Of a DNA stretch of 64,000 nucleotides, positions 12,732 through 24,397 are shown one piece after another. The notes under the pieces are model-generated. The model saw nothing but the letters and a program-made list of their open reading frames with translations. It had not been told where the DNA came from and made no database searches. The stretch is from Ranitomeya imitator. Lineage: Eukaryota. Every line of letters begins with the position of its first letter. Positions within the stretch are counted from its first letter, which is position 1. The translations under genes were made by a program, and so were the position numbers. Location of the stretch: the NCBI RefSeq assembly GCF_032444005.1, contig NC_091290.1, positions 41,912,001-41,976,000 of the forward strand. Direction: 5' to 3'.

Positions 12732-14177
12732 TTACTGTGCACAATCCCTGCTTGCAGGTTCCCTTTAAGAAGGACCTGTGTGGAGCAGGAGCTGGGAATC
12801 AGAAACTATGGCCAGCAAAGTATAAGCCATGTAACTCTGTTTCCTTATGCAGGTGACTATAGAAAAATACGTCACAGCAATCTGCCCGCAGGTTGTTTTT
12901 TCCCACCTTTCTTTGTACATTTTTATTGCAGATTTGAATGCATTTTAATTTGCTGGGAATTTGCACTTCATAACACAACTGCATTTTTTTTTTTTTTTTT
13001 TACACACTTTTTCAGGCACTCAATAAAAGTCTATAGAGAAAAAAAAATGCAACAAAAACTCAGTTTTTGCCTTAACTTTACTTGAGCTGTTAAACAAAGT
13101 GTAAAATAATGCGGCAATTATGTTATGTGTGAACATGGCCATATTCTGCCTGCCTCCTTGTATACTCTTCCTCAATTTCTTTGTCAGCAACATCATAGAT
13201 GTTTAGGCTACGCTGCAGCCTTAGGCTATGGTCCCGCTACGATTTTTGTTTCTGCAGCCAAAACCTGCTCGCTTGGCAGTAAAAATGCTGCGCTCAAAAC
13301 GCCTGTTCTGCGGCATTTTTTGGTTGCACATTGCAGGTGTGCTTTGCATCCAGTACATGTTTAATTAAGTTTACAGGGTTTTTTTCCTATCTTTTTTGTT
13401 GCTTTCTGTGTAAAAAAAACACTGATCCAATGGACTTGTTGCATAGTTCACAAATGCTTCAGTTCTTAAATACGATCAGCAAAAATAAAAACCTGCGTGT
13501 ACATGAGATTTCTGAAATCTCTGTTTTTGTTGGTACTGTAACACAAAGCTTTTTTTTGCATTAAAAAAAGCAGCATGTGAACACGGCCTTACACTTGTCA
13601 GCCACTAGCCTTTAGAATCAGGTAACATTTTTTTCAATAATGTTCCTGTTCGCTTGTTCTCCATCTACCATATTATTTCAGCGGCAGACTGCTCATTTCA
13701 GATAGATATATATATATATTCGTATGTAAAATTAATGAGTTCTTGTCGGATAAACGAGCAGACAATTAATGGAGCATGGCTAGGTTTACTAAAGTAAAAA
13801 CTATGATGTATGGTTGACAATCATTGAGAAGACCGTGATGAATTATTCGAGAACGCAAATGTCCAAACAGGGAATACAGGTGGCGAGTTGTCCTCATGCA
13901 ACCCCCTTAAGTACAACTACAAAAAAAAAAAAAAGTACAAAAGATCAAAAATCAATAAAACTAAGAATTTTGACAGATATAATTGCAGTCTTCAGCATTC
14001 TACGTCTGTGTATTACAGCACTTTTATATGATTGTGGATGTGTAAAGTTTTATAAGAGGCGAATTTATTATGGTGACAGAAATTACCAACCCTTTTAAAG
14101 ATTTCTAACTCAAATTTCTGCAGTGCCAATAACATCTAAACTTTTTAATTAACTTGTAAACTTTTGCCGCATATTAA

Positions 14178-15133
14178 AGGGAACCTGACAGCTGATCCAT
14201 GCAGTCCGATCCACAGGCAGTAAGGATCAGACACTGGCTGGATGATTTCAATCAGGTATATTTGACTCAGCGGCTGTGATGTGCTGCCGAGGAAGAGCCA
14301 TGCTGGAGACTAGTCGGACAGGTGGGCCCCCTCCTGCTGCCACGTCTCCCCCTATACACAGGAAGAGACCTGTCACTCCAGTGGACCGGGTGGAGAAGCT
14401 GCCGGGGTCTGAGCCATACAGGAGTCCCTGACGGCTCTTAAGGTGTTTTTCTCTGAAATACCGCAATGTTAAACATACCTTGGATGAGATCATACAGCCA
14501 GTGCCCGACGCACGCCGTCTGCGGATCAGACACTGACCGACGCACGCCGTCTGCGGATCAGACAGTGACCGGCGCACGCCGTCTGCGGATCAGACAATGA
14601 CCGGCGCACGCCGTCTGCGGATCAGACAATGACCGACGCACGCCGTCTGCGGATCAGACAGTGACCGACGCACGCAGTCTGCGGATCAGCCAGTGACCGA
14701 CGCACGCAGTCTGCGGATCAGTCAGTGACCGACGCACGCCGTCTGCGGATCAGCCAGAGACCGACGCACGCCGTCTGCGGATCAGCCAGTGACCGGCGCA
14801 CGCAGTCTGCGGATCAGCCAGTGACCGGCGCACGCCGTCTGCGGCTCAGACAGTGACCGGCGCACGCCGTCTGCGGCTCAGACAGTGACCGACACACGCC
14901 GTCTGCGGATCAGACAGTGACCGGCGCACGCCGTCTGCGGATCAGACAGTGACCGATGCACGCCATCTGCGGATCAGCCAGTGACCGGCGCACGCCGTCT
15001 GCGGATCAGCCAGTGACCGGCGCACGCCGTCTGCGGATCAGCCAGTGACCGGCGCACGCAGTCTGCGGATCAGACAGTGACCGACGCATGCCATCTGTAG
15101 GTCTGCCAGCACGTATCCGTTGTCAGGTTCCCT
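14178..15133. mobile_element. T2-family MITE carrying an internal minisatellite
   Basis: TTAA|AGGGAACCTGACA ... TGTCAGGTTCCCT termini. Confidence 0.7.
14500..15095. repeat. 32-bp minisatellite (GACGCACGCCGTCTGCGGATCAGACAGTGACC), ~18 copies
   Basis: Tandem units read directly. Confidence 0.95.
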
Positions 15134-15599
15134 GCTGCACTCTCTTCTGGTTATACATAATATTCCACTGCAAATAGCAAACGTTTCCAGCACATGCTAA
15201 TCAAAGAAATTTAGAAATGTATCCAGAATGCCTTTTTCTTGATATTAAATATATATATTTCTTCTATTCTCTGATAACCTCTGTAAAATTTAAGTCAAAG
15301 ATTGGTGCAACCATAGAAACATTTGTGCTGCACATAATCTACTCAATCTCTGCCAAATCCCCTTATTTAACCAGACAGGATTGCCCCCCACCCCTATTCC
15401 ATTTGTCAGTAAGTGCCACGCTTCATTTATTTGCCTGCACATGCTGACATTGAGTAATGTATTATTTTCTTGTGATAGATCTGGATTTTATCCTTACAGT
15501 GTAATATAGGCCACTCTGCCGTTTACCACTTGTCACTATGGTACATGTCGTACTTACGAATTATATAAAAAGTTAGCTTTTTGCAAATTTACTATTGTT

Positions 15600-15857
15600 G
15601 AGCGAACGTGCTGGGATAAGGTGTTATCTGAGCATGCTCGGGTCCTAACAGAGTGTCTTTGGTGTGCTCTTACACGAAGTTCGAGTCCCCGTGGCAGCAT
15701 GTCTCGTGGCTGTTCAACAGCAGCGACACATGTAGGAATTGTCTAACAGCCATGGGACATGCTGCCACGAGGACTCGAACATAGTATTAGAGCACACCAA
15801 AGACACTGTTAGGACCTGAGCATGCTCAGATAACACCTTATCCCAGCACGCTCGCTC
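15600..15857. mobile_element. Palindromic MITE (~260 bp, ~115-bp arms)
   Basis: The left arm GAGCGAACGTGCTGGGATAAGGTGTTATCTGAGCATGCTC... is a near-exact reverse complement of the right arm. Confidence 0.85.
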
Positions 15858-16391
15858 ATGACCAACATATACTGAAGTTCATTGGGTGTGGGGATATTCC
15901 CTGCCCCCCTCCATATGCTGATGTAACAGAAAGAAAGCCAAGTCAGCTCTGCTATGTCTCTAGGTGGAAGCTCCTGCCCTCACCCACGCCATGACTCCAC
16001 ACAGCGCCAGCATTAGATTACCAGTTACAAACCCAGTGAAGGGGTTCTCCAGTGACAATAAGGGATCGGTGGGGGTCCGTGGCACCTTCATCTGTCCGGA
16101 GTGGCACTACAAGTGCTCCACCAGCCGCTCCATTCTCACAGGAATAAAAATTGACCTATTCTGTCAAATGAGTGCCAGTCCTGGGGGTAGAACCCCACCA
16201 ACCTATTCAGTTATCACATATCCTTTTGACAAGTGTTACGTTCTCTTCACTAGACAACTTCTAACATTTGTTTTCGGCTGAGTAGTTAGTATCTTATAAG
16301 CAATTCTGCCCGAAAATCAGAGCTGTAATGGAGAGCAGAAGACACAATCCGTCTCCAGTAAAAGAACCTGCCGCCATAAAATAAGCAACGA

Positions 16392-16440
<49 letters not shown>

Positions 16441-16504
16441 AAAAGGGACTAGACGGTTCTGGAGGAAGTCTATGTACAGGCAGAGTCCAATCTGCACGGT
16501 TCGG

Positions 16505-16585
16505 TCATTCCACAAACAGGTCAAATTTCTCCGCTTCTTCAAACTGTGCATTCATGGATGCCGCCCACTCATCCAGGACCGAAAC
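16505..16585 (-). CDS. CDCA5: Sororin, coding exon 7 (last; VSVLDEWAASMNAQFEEAEKFDLFVE*)
   Basis: Conserved C-terminal sororin domain; TTTTTCAG acceptor; TGA at 16507-16505. Confidence 0.97.
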   Translation of the reverse strand, partial: VSVLDEWAASMNAQFEEAEKFDLFVE

Positions 16586-17047
16586 CTGAAAAAAAGGGGA
16601 GGAAAAAAAAAAAATGTAATTTTTACATAATCATATGTAATAAACTCGTATCTCAGACATAAGCAAATTGATTCTTGGGCCCCCCGGGGGGCCAGCGGCA
16701 GAACCCTGTGAACGGCCGCCGGTTCCCACTGTGGATCTGATCTGCAGAATGTGGAGGTTTGATGAGATGTCGTCCACAATGCTGCTGCTTTTACCAGTGG
16801 ACAAGCAGAGTGGAAGCGAATAGCGAGAGCCCAGTACTGAACTGGAAGGACTGGAACTGCACAGATAGTGTTTAATAAGTAATTATTACATGAGTTTTAG
16901 TGGATTAGAAAAATGTTAAAAAACAGAAAAAAATCCTGCAATACCAAACGCTGCCTATAACCATGAGTGGCACCAGTACTGGAGGAAAAAAAAAAAAAAT
17001 GCTTTTCTGGAATAGCCATAGCCGAAATTGGTGTACAACCCTTTTAA

Positions 17048-17400
17048 AGGGAACCTGTCACCCCCCCAGGCATTGTTAACTAAAAGACCACCTTGTGCAG
17101 CACTAATACGCTGCATTCTGTCAAGGTGGCTCTTTTAGTTGGTGTCCCTTCCAACACTGAAATATTTGTTTTTTTAATTAGCCCGCCATACCTGTAGTGT
17201 GTCCGAGGGGCATGTCTTTTTCCCCCGGACACAAACGCCTCCCAGCCATCCCTCAGCCCCTCCGGGCGCCGCCTCCTGTGCCCTCATTAACATCCCCGGC
17301 GCCTGCGCTGTAAGTTCCTTTTTCGGGCATGTGCAGTTTGCGCTGCCCTTCGACTCCCATCACATGATGGGAACTTACAGCGCAGGCGCATACGTGATCC
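17048..17400. mobile_element. T2-family MITE, left arm plus centre
   Basis: TTAA|AGGGAACCTGTCACCCCCC terminus; inverted homology to 20425-20791. Confidence 0.75.
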
Positions 17401-17506
17401 CTAACAAAAGGAATCAAATACAATGTAAAAGAGGATGGGGGGTAGGCCTTATTTTCTTTCCTTTTTATCATATTACAATTCATATGTATGAAAAAACAGT
17501 AAATAA

Positions 17507-17912
17507 GGGTATGTGCACACGCTGCGGATTCTCTGCGGATACGCAGCGTTTTTTGAGGTGCAGAAACGCTGCAGATCCGCAATTGATTTACAGTACAATG
17601 TAAATCAATGAGAAAAAAAAAATGCTGTGCACACTTTGCGGAAAATCTGCTGCGGAAACGCTGCGATTTAAAAGAAGTAGCATGTCACTTCTTTTTTGTG
17701 AATATGCAGCGTTTTTGTACCCATTTCATTATAGAAAACCGCAGGGGTAAAAACCGCAGCAAATCCGCAAGAAAACCGCAGCAAAAATGCACATAAAACA
17801 CTACGGAAGCGCACAAAAAATGCGACAAATCCGCAGGTGCGTTTTCTGCCAGGAGAGGCAGAATCCGCACCAGAAATTCCTAAGCCTAATCTGCAACGTG
17901 TGCACATAGTCC
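17507..17912. mobile_element. Harbinger-type MITE (GG(G/C)TATGTGCACAC family)
   Basis: TAA|GGGTATGTGCACACG ... CGTGTGCACATAGTCC. Confidence 0.8.
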
Positions 17913-18620
17913 AAGTTATTTTTTCTAGACTGATTCTTCTTGTCCTTTCTGGAAATTAACATGTACATTAGCAGCAATAGACTGATTCCCATTCGTAGCA
18001 TGTAATCAGCCTGTGTGTAGGTCATTATGGAGGGAAGGGAAGCTGTGACATCGCTTATTCTGAATGGTGGATTTTGTGTTTTTAGCTGGGTATAGAGGTG
18101 TTAACTTTTATTGTAATCCTGTCTGTGATAATAAGACTACTGAAAACTCATCTGTAAAGCACAGGAAGTGGCCAATATGAAGATTGCAAGATTTTTTTGT
18201 ATATCTATTAAAAAAAAAAAAAAAACTTCGCCAAAACTTTTAAAAGAAATCACTGAAACCTGACTTAACCAATAGGTCATTTTCTAATAATACATTACCT
18301 TTAATGCAAAAGACACACAATAAAAACATTTTTCCCCCCAATCGTACAGATGTGGTTATTTCCGTTTAGCCTTAGCTCTGTGCTGGAAATGTACCAGATT
18401 CCCTGCATTGTGGGAAGGCAGATCTCTCCTGCTGCTGTATGATGGCGACGAGAACAATGTATAATAGTGTGATGTACCGCGGGCGCCGGGTATTGACCCG
18501 AGCAGGGAGCAGCCAACAGCCCAGTCCAATAATGGATTGCTGTCCTCAACACTGCCCGGGCACAGAGAGCAGAGACTGATCAATACATCTAAATCCGTAC
18601 ACACAAGGATTTGCTCCATA

Positions 18621-20415
18621 TAATGCCACCCGTACATCCCCACCACGTACAGTGCAGCCGCTCGTACATATCCTCCACGTACAGTGCAGCCGCTCGTACA
18701 TATCCTCCACGTACGGTGCAGCCGCTCGTACATATCCTCCACGTACGGTGCAGCCGCTCGTACATATCCTCCACGTACGGTGCAGCCGCTCGTACATATC
18801 CTCCACGTACGGTGCAGCCGCTCGTACATATCCTCCACGTACGGTGCAGCCGCTCGTACATATCCTCCACGTACGGTGCAGCCGCTCGTACATATCCTCC
18901 ACGTACGGTGCAGCCGCTCGTACATATCCTCCACGTACGGTGCAGCCGCTCGTACATATCCTCCACGTACGGTGCAGCCGCTCGTACATATCCTCCACGT
19001 ACGGTGCAGCCGCTCGTACATATCCTCCACGTACGGTGCAGCCGCTCGTACTTATCCTCCACGTACGGTGCAGCCGCTCGTACTTATCCTCCACGTACGG
19101 TGCAGCCGCTCGTACATATCCTCCACGTACGGTGCAGCCGCTCGTACATATCCTCCACGTACGGTGCAGCCGCTCGTACTTATCCTCCACGTACGGTGCA
19201 GCCGCTCGTACATATCCTCCACGTACGGTGCAGCCGCTCGTACATATCCTCCACGTACGGTGCAGCCGCTCGTACATATCCTCCACGTACGGTGCAGCCG
19301 CTCGTACATATCCTCCACGTACGGTGCAGCCGCTCGTACATATCCTCCACGTACGGTGCAGCCGCTCGTACATATCCTCCACGTACGGTGCAGCCGCTCG
19401 TACTTATCCTCCACGTACGGTGCAGCCGCTCGTACATATCCTCCACGTACGGTGCAGCCGCTCGTACATATCCTCCACGTACGGTGCAGCCGCTCGTACA
19501 TATCCTCCACGTACGGTGCAGCCGCTCGTACATATCCTCCACGTACGGTGCAGCCGCTCGTACATATCCTCCACGTACGGTGCAGCCGCTCGTACATATC
19601 CTCCACGTACGGTGCAGCCGCTCGTACATATCCTCCACGTACGGTGCAGCCGCTCGTACTTATCCTCCACGTACGGTGCAGCCGCTCGTACATATCCTCC
19701 ACGTACGGTGCAGCCGCTCGTACATATCCTCCACGTACGGTGCAGCCGCTCGTACATATCCTCCACGTACGGTGCAGCCGCTCGTACATATCCTCCACGT
19801 ACGGTGCAGCCGCTCGTACATATCCTCCACGTACGGTGCAGCCGCTCGTACATATCCTCCACGTACGGTGCAGCCGCTCGTACATATCCTCCACGTACGG
19901 TGCAGCCGCTCGTACATATCCTCCACGTACGGTGCAGCCGCTCGTACATATCCTCCACGTACGGTGCAGCCGCTCGTACATATCCTCCACGTACGGTGCA
20001 GCCGCTCGTACTTATCCTCCACGTACGGTGCAGCCACTCGTATTTCCCCACCCCGTACGGTGCAGCCACTCGTACGTCCCCACCACGTACGGTGCAGCCA
20101 CTCGTACATCCCCACCACGTACGGTGCAGCCACTCGTATATCCCCACCACGTACGGTGCAGCCACTCGTACATCCCCACCACGTACGGTGCAGCCATTCG
20201 TACGTCCCCACCACGTACGGTGCAGCCGCTCGTACGTCCCCACCACGTACGGTGCAGCCGCTCGTACATCCCCACCACGTACGGTGCAGCCGCTTGTACA
20301 TCCTCACCACGTACGGTGCAGCCACTCGTACATCCCCACCATGTACGGTGCAGCCACTCGTACGTCCCCACCATGTACGGTAGAGCCACTCGTACATATC
20401 CTCCACGTACGGTAC
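18621..20415. repeat. 32-bp minisatellite (CCACGTACGGTGCAGCCGCTCGTACATATCCT), ~56 copies, in CDCA5 intron 6
   Basis: Near-identical tandem units, with more diverged variant units at the right end; produces the spurious repetitive ORFs on both strands. Confidence 0.98.
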
Positions 20416-20424
20416 GGCCACTCA

Positions 20425-20791
20425 TTCATTAACGTCCCGGCGCTGTAAGTTTTTTTTTTTTTTTTCGGGCATGCGCAGTTTGGGCTGCCCTTCGACTCCC
20501 ATCACACGATGGGAACTTACAGCGCAGGCGCTGGGGACGTTAATGAAGGAAGAGGAGGCGGCACCCGGCGCGCAGAGTATTGAGTGATGGCTGGCAGGCA
20601 TTTGTGTCCAGGGGGAAAAGACATGCCCCCCGGACAAACTACAGGTATGAGGGACAAATTATAAAAACGGATATTGCAGCGTTGAAAGGGACCCCAACTA
20701 AAAGAGCCACCTTTACAGAATGCAGCATATTAGTGCTGCACAAGGTGGCTTTTAGGTAAAAACGCCAGGGGGAGGGGGTGACAGGTTCCCT
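20425..20791. mobile_element. T2-family MITE, centre plus right arm
   Basis: Ends GGGGTGACAGGTTCCCT|TTAA. Confidence 0.75.
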
Positions 20792-22201
20792 TTAATATAA
20801 GGATTATACAGTCGGCCTGACATTGAGTCTAACAGAAAGTACAGCAGCCTCATCAGGTCTAAGATGTACACAATAATGTATGCAGGTTACTAATCCGCTT
20901 TGACCATTAGTGTGGACTAAAACACATAGCACCATTGAATTACCTGCAGTCTTAGGCTACATTCCTAAGTCTGAATTCACACCTTTTTGCGGCATTTTTT
21001 ACTTTTTTTTAAAAAATTTTTTTAAAGAGTCAAAAACAATGTGAGGTGGGCTAAGCAAGTGGCATCATACTCTGGTGTGGACACTTTTTGTAGCTTTCAC
21101 TTCTAAGCTTCTACATAGGAATTAAAGTTTTAAAAGGATGTTGCTGGGCGCAGCTGCCTTCTGGATGCATAAAAACAAAAACCTCCAAAAGAGAAGGAAA
21201 AAAAATGCTTGAAACTTATGGAGAAAAATTAATAATAATAAAAAAAAACTATCATCTGTTGTGGAGGCCTAAAAGATGTCTCTTTTTCATCATGCACAAG
21301 ATATTTGTGCATGGTGAACCTTTAGGTTCCTGTTGGGATCGAAACGTCGCTTTCTGGGCTGATTAAATAAGCTCTTTTTCACTCAGACGGTGTGCTGCCT
21401 CCATCTTTTCTTAGAGATATCTATCTATCTCACTCTCTATCTAAGATAGAGAGATTATATAGAGAGATTAGATAGAGACACAAAAAAAGATGCTTTGCTC
21501 ACTGTCCCTGGGTCCATATGGGGCTCCACATTTCTGCCGGAGTTGACAGCACGAGCTGCTTAGAGCCACTGATTGTTAACTGCAGCACGGCAGCCAGACT
21601 TCAAGAGCAGCAGTGAAGACTTTGTTCTGGACCAGGGGAGGATGAGTAAAGTATGCTTTTTTTTTTTTTAAATAAACTGCAACCAGGGAAGAGGGAGTTC
21701 TCCAAAACCTGAGAGCCACTTTAAATACGGTAGGTGTATAAGCTGCGTAAAATCCCAGCAGATTTCTTGCATTGTAAGACCCAGCTTGACTGGGGGTCTC
21801 CTGACCTGAGCTACCTGCGGCATATATGCCTACACCACTCTTACCTTACCTACTTTTCATGACCCCCAACTAAACCGTTGATGTTAATGCATTAACCCCT
21901 CAGCCTCCTCAGACCACCAAAAAAGTTAATTACTATGAATCCCCCCCTCCTTTTTTTGTTGTCCAGACCTCATAATAAAGGTTCATATTCTAGTCCAAAA
22001 AATAAGGTAGGTGTTTAAAGCAGCAAAAAAAAAACTTGTTAGGAACAGTTTGGGCAGGTAACACCAGGCACCAGATTCCCTTTTATTCCGCTCTGTTGAT
22101 ATTCATGGAAAGACCAAGTGGTTTCCTGTAGATCATGTCTAACATTGGATCCCACCCCTCCAAGAAAAATAAATAAATAAATCCATGTTTGCCACTCGTA
22201 C

Positions 22202-22696
22202 CTCAATCTGTGGAACTTTGCGCTTCCTCCTCTTCTGCTTGGCGAGAGCCACCCCGGGGATGTTCAGATCCGGCTCGTCCGCAGACTGACGCATGGAGGC
22301 TCCCGTTGAGCTCTCATTAAATGTCTGTTTCGATCTCTCACCAGCTTTCTTGATCTCCACATCATCTTCTGTGTTCAGTTTATCAAATCCAAAAAGTGAC
22401 TTCCGCCCCGGTTTTGATGCCAAGTTTGGGGTGGAGGTGTCCGATGAATCCGAGTGTTTGGTGGGACTGTACAGGAACGAGCTGCTGCTCATAGACATGT
22501 CCAACCTGCTGTAGGAGCGCCGGACCCTCTGGGACATCACCTCCCGCCGGTCGTCAGCGGTGGGCGACTGGGGGACGTTCAGAAGAATAGGAGACAGGAC
22601 GTCTATTTTGGAGGCTGTGGATTGGTCAGAGGCACTTTTAGTAATATTTTGGGACTTGTCAAGTACTGTATTCTCCTTCCCAGTGTGTGGAGAAAC
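22202..22696 (-). CDS. CDCA5: Sororin, coding exon 6 (VSPHTGKEN ... SLFGFDKL ... KQKRRKRKVPQIE)
   Basis: KEN box, RRSYSRL, FGF motif and basic NLS-like stretch; acceptor TTCCCTTACAG, donor GAG|GTACGA; 495 nt, phase 0-0. Confidence 0.96.
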
Positions 22697-23171
22697 CTGT
22701 AAGGGAACGACAAGTTGTAAGAAAATAAAGTGACTGCGTGAGCGGAGGGTCCAGAATGGACCACGATTGCAGAAAGCACATCTAGTCAATAGTTTAGATC
22801 CCAGGGATCGAGCTGATGGATCCATCACAGATGGGCAGATTTGGTTTGGTAGAAGCGAGAAACATTGGCTCATGCAAAGGGACACATTAAAAAAGAACCC
22901 GTCAGCAAAAAAACAAAAAACAAAATTAAAACTGAATATACCTGCAGACATAGTGGCAATCTGCAGCTAAATAGAAATTGAAACATTTCCAGCTGACTAC
23001 ATTAGGGGTGGGCAATTAATTTATCTGAGGGGGCTATACGAGAGACCGTTACAGGTGTGTGGTGTATCGGGGGTCAAACCAATAGACAAATTAATTCTGC
23101 TCAATATTATTTATCATAATTGTGTTATATTATTACCTGTGTTACTAAACATTGAGCAGAATTAAGTATTG

Positions 23172-23321
23172 CCTTGCGCAGGCGTGTACTACGGAGGACA
23201 CAGCATGAACTTCCACCCAATATTGCAGCCAGCGGGTAAGGAAAGGGTGAATCAAACACCCGAAAACCCCGCCCATATGACCGAAAAACCGGTCCCGCCA
23301 AATTCAGGTGACAGGTTCCCT
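23172..23321. mobile_element. T2-family MITE, right-end fragment
   Basis: Reverse complement of 10011-10170; ends TGACAGGTTCCCT|TTAA. Confidence 0.75.
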
Positions 23322-23511
23322 TTAAACAGGAGAGCGCCACGTCCTTTTTCAACTAACAGCCAAATATATATTGTCTTATTTTGTTTAATTTCAAAGAACT
23401 TCTTTCACATCTGTAAGCCAAGAAAACATTATGACAGGTCCGACACAATCCAGGTGAGCGGCATATAGTGACTTCAATGTCCGGCAAGGATGAAAGGGCC
23501 GCTGGACTCAC

Positions 23512-23550
23512 CCGTGCGCTTCTCCTTGGAGCGGCTGCAACATTTGACAT
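23512..23550 (-). CDS. CDCA5: Sororin, coding exon 5 (MSNVAAAPRRSAR), 39 nt
   Basis: Acceptor TTTTCAATTTTAG, donor CGG|GTGAGT; keeps the frame into exon 6. Confidence 0.88.
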
Positions 23551-23919
23551 CTAAAATTGAAAACAAACTTTGTAAAAATCTATCTAGTTCTCGACCAATT
23601 CATATTTTTCACAGACAATTAAATATCATTGTTTTAGTTTCTATTTCATAAATGGTTTATGTGAAAATAAGAAGCTTTTTGATCTATCGTAGAGGAATCT
23701 GCTTCTTTCTCCTCTCGGACTGATCATTCACTCAATTCATGAGTAAAATCTGTCCAATCTGTACTCAGTGAAGACACTTTCACATTGTTGAGATAGAAGA
23801 CGACAGTTGGTGCTTTTAATGTTCTATGGAGAGGGGAGGAGCTAGAGGCCGACAGACATTCCGCTGCAGGTTCTCCATAGAACTTTATGAGCACCAACTG
23901 TCATCTATCTCAATAATTA

Positions 23920-24257
23920 GGCTATGTGCACACGTAGGAAATGTGGTGCAGAATTTTCTGCACTAAATCTGCATCTCCTGGGAGAATCCACAGGTGCGTT
24001 TTTTATGCGTTTTTTGTGCAGATTTTACCACTGTGGATTTCTATAATGGAGGGGTGCAGAAACGCTGCAGAACTGCACAAAAGAAGTGACATGCACTTCT
24101 TTGAAATCTGCAGCGTTTCTGCGCAGATTTTTCTGCACAGCTTTTTTTTCACATTGATTTACATTGTACTGTAAATCACAGTGCAGTTCTGCAGCGTTTC
24201 TGCTGCAGAAAAATCTGCTGCAGTTCTGCACTAAATCTGCATCGTGTGCACGTACCC
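23920..24257. mobile_element. Harbinger-type MITE, 338 bp
   Basis: TTA|GGCTATGTGCACACG ... CGTGTGCACGTACCC|TTA. Confidence 0.85.
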
Positions 24258-24397
24258 TTAGAAAGACTGTCTTCAATGGGGACAGATTTTGCCCACGAAT
24301 TGAGACTTTAGATTGTAAAAGACCAGTCTTGACGGAGAAACAAGCAGATTTTCTCTGATAAGATATATGTGTATTATTAATTTAGGAAAAGCAATTA

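Noticed and set aside
14500-20415. CRISPR-like appearance of the 32-bp repeats
   Set aside because: Units are contiguous with no unique spacers, no cas genes are present, and the DNA is vertebrate.
18356-20448. Many long ORFs (up to 598 aa) on both strands
   Set aside because: They are by-products of a stop-free 32-bp tandem unit (32-aa period cycling through frames) inside a CDCA5 intron, with no splice or start context.
22697-22951. N-terminal part of the 270-aa ORF (MSAGIF...)
   Set aside because: Intronic read-through upstream of the real acceptor at 22697; only 22696-22202 is sororin.
23353-23511. Continuation of the MSNVAAAPRRSAR ORF as a separate small protein
   Set aside because: A strong GTGAGT donor at 23511 ends the 39-nt exon; the remainder is intron.
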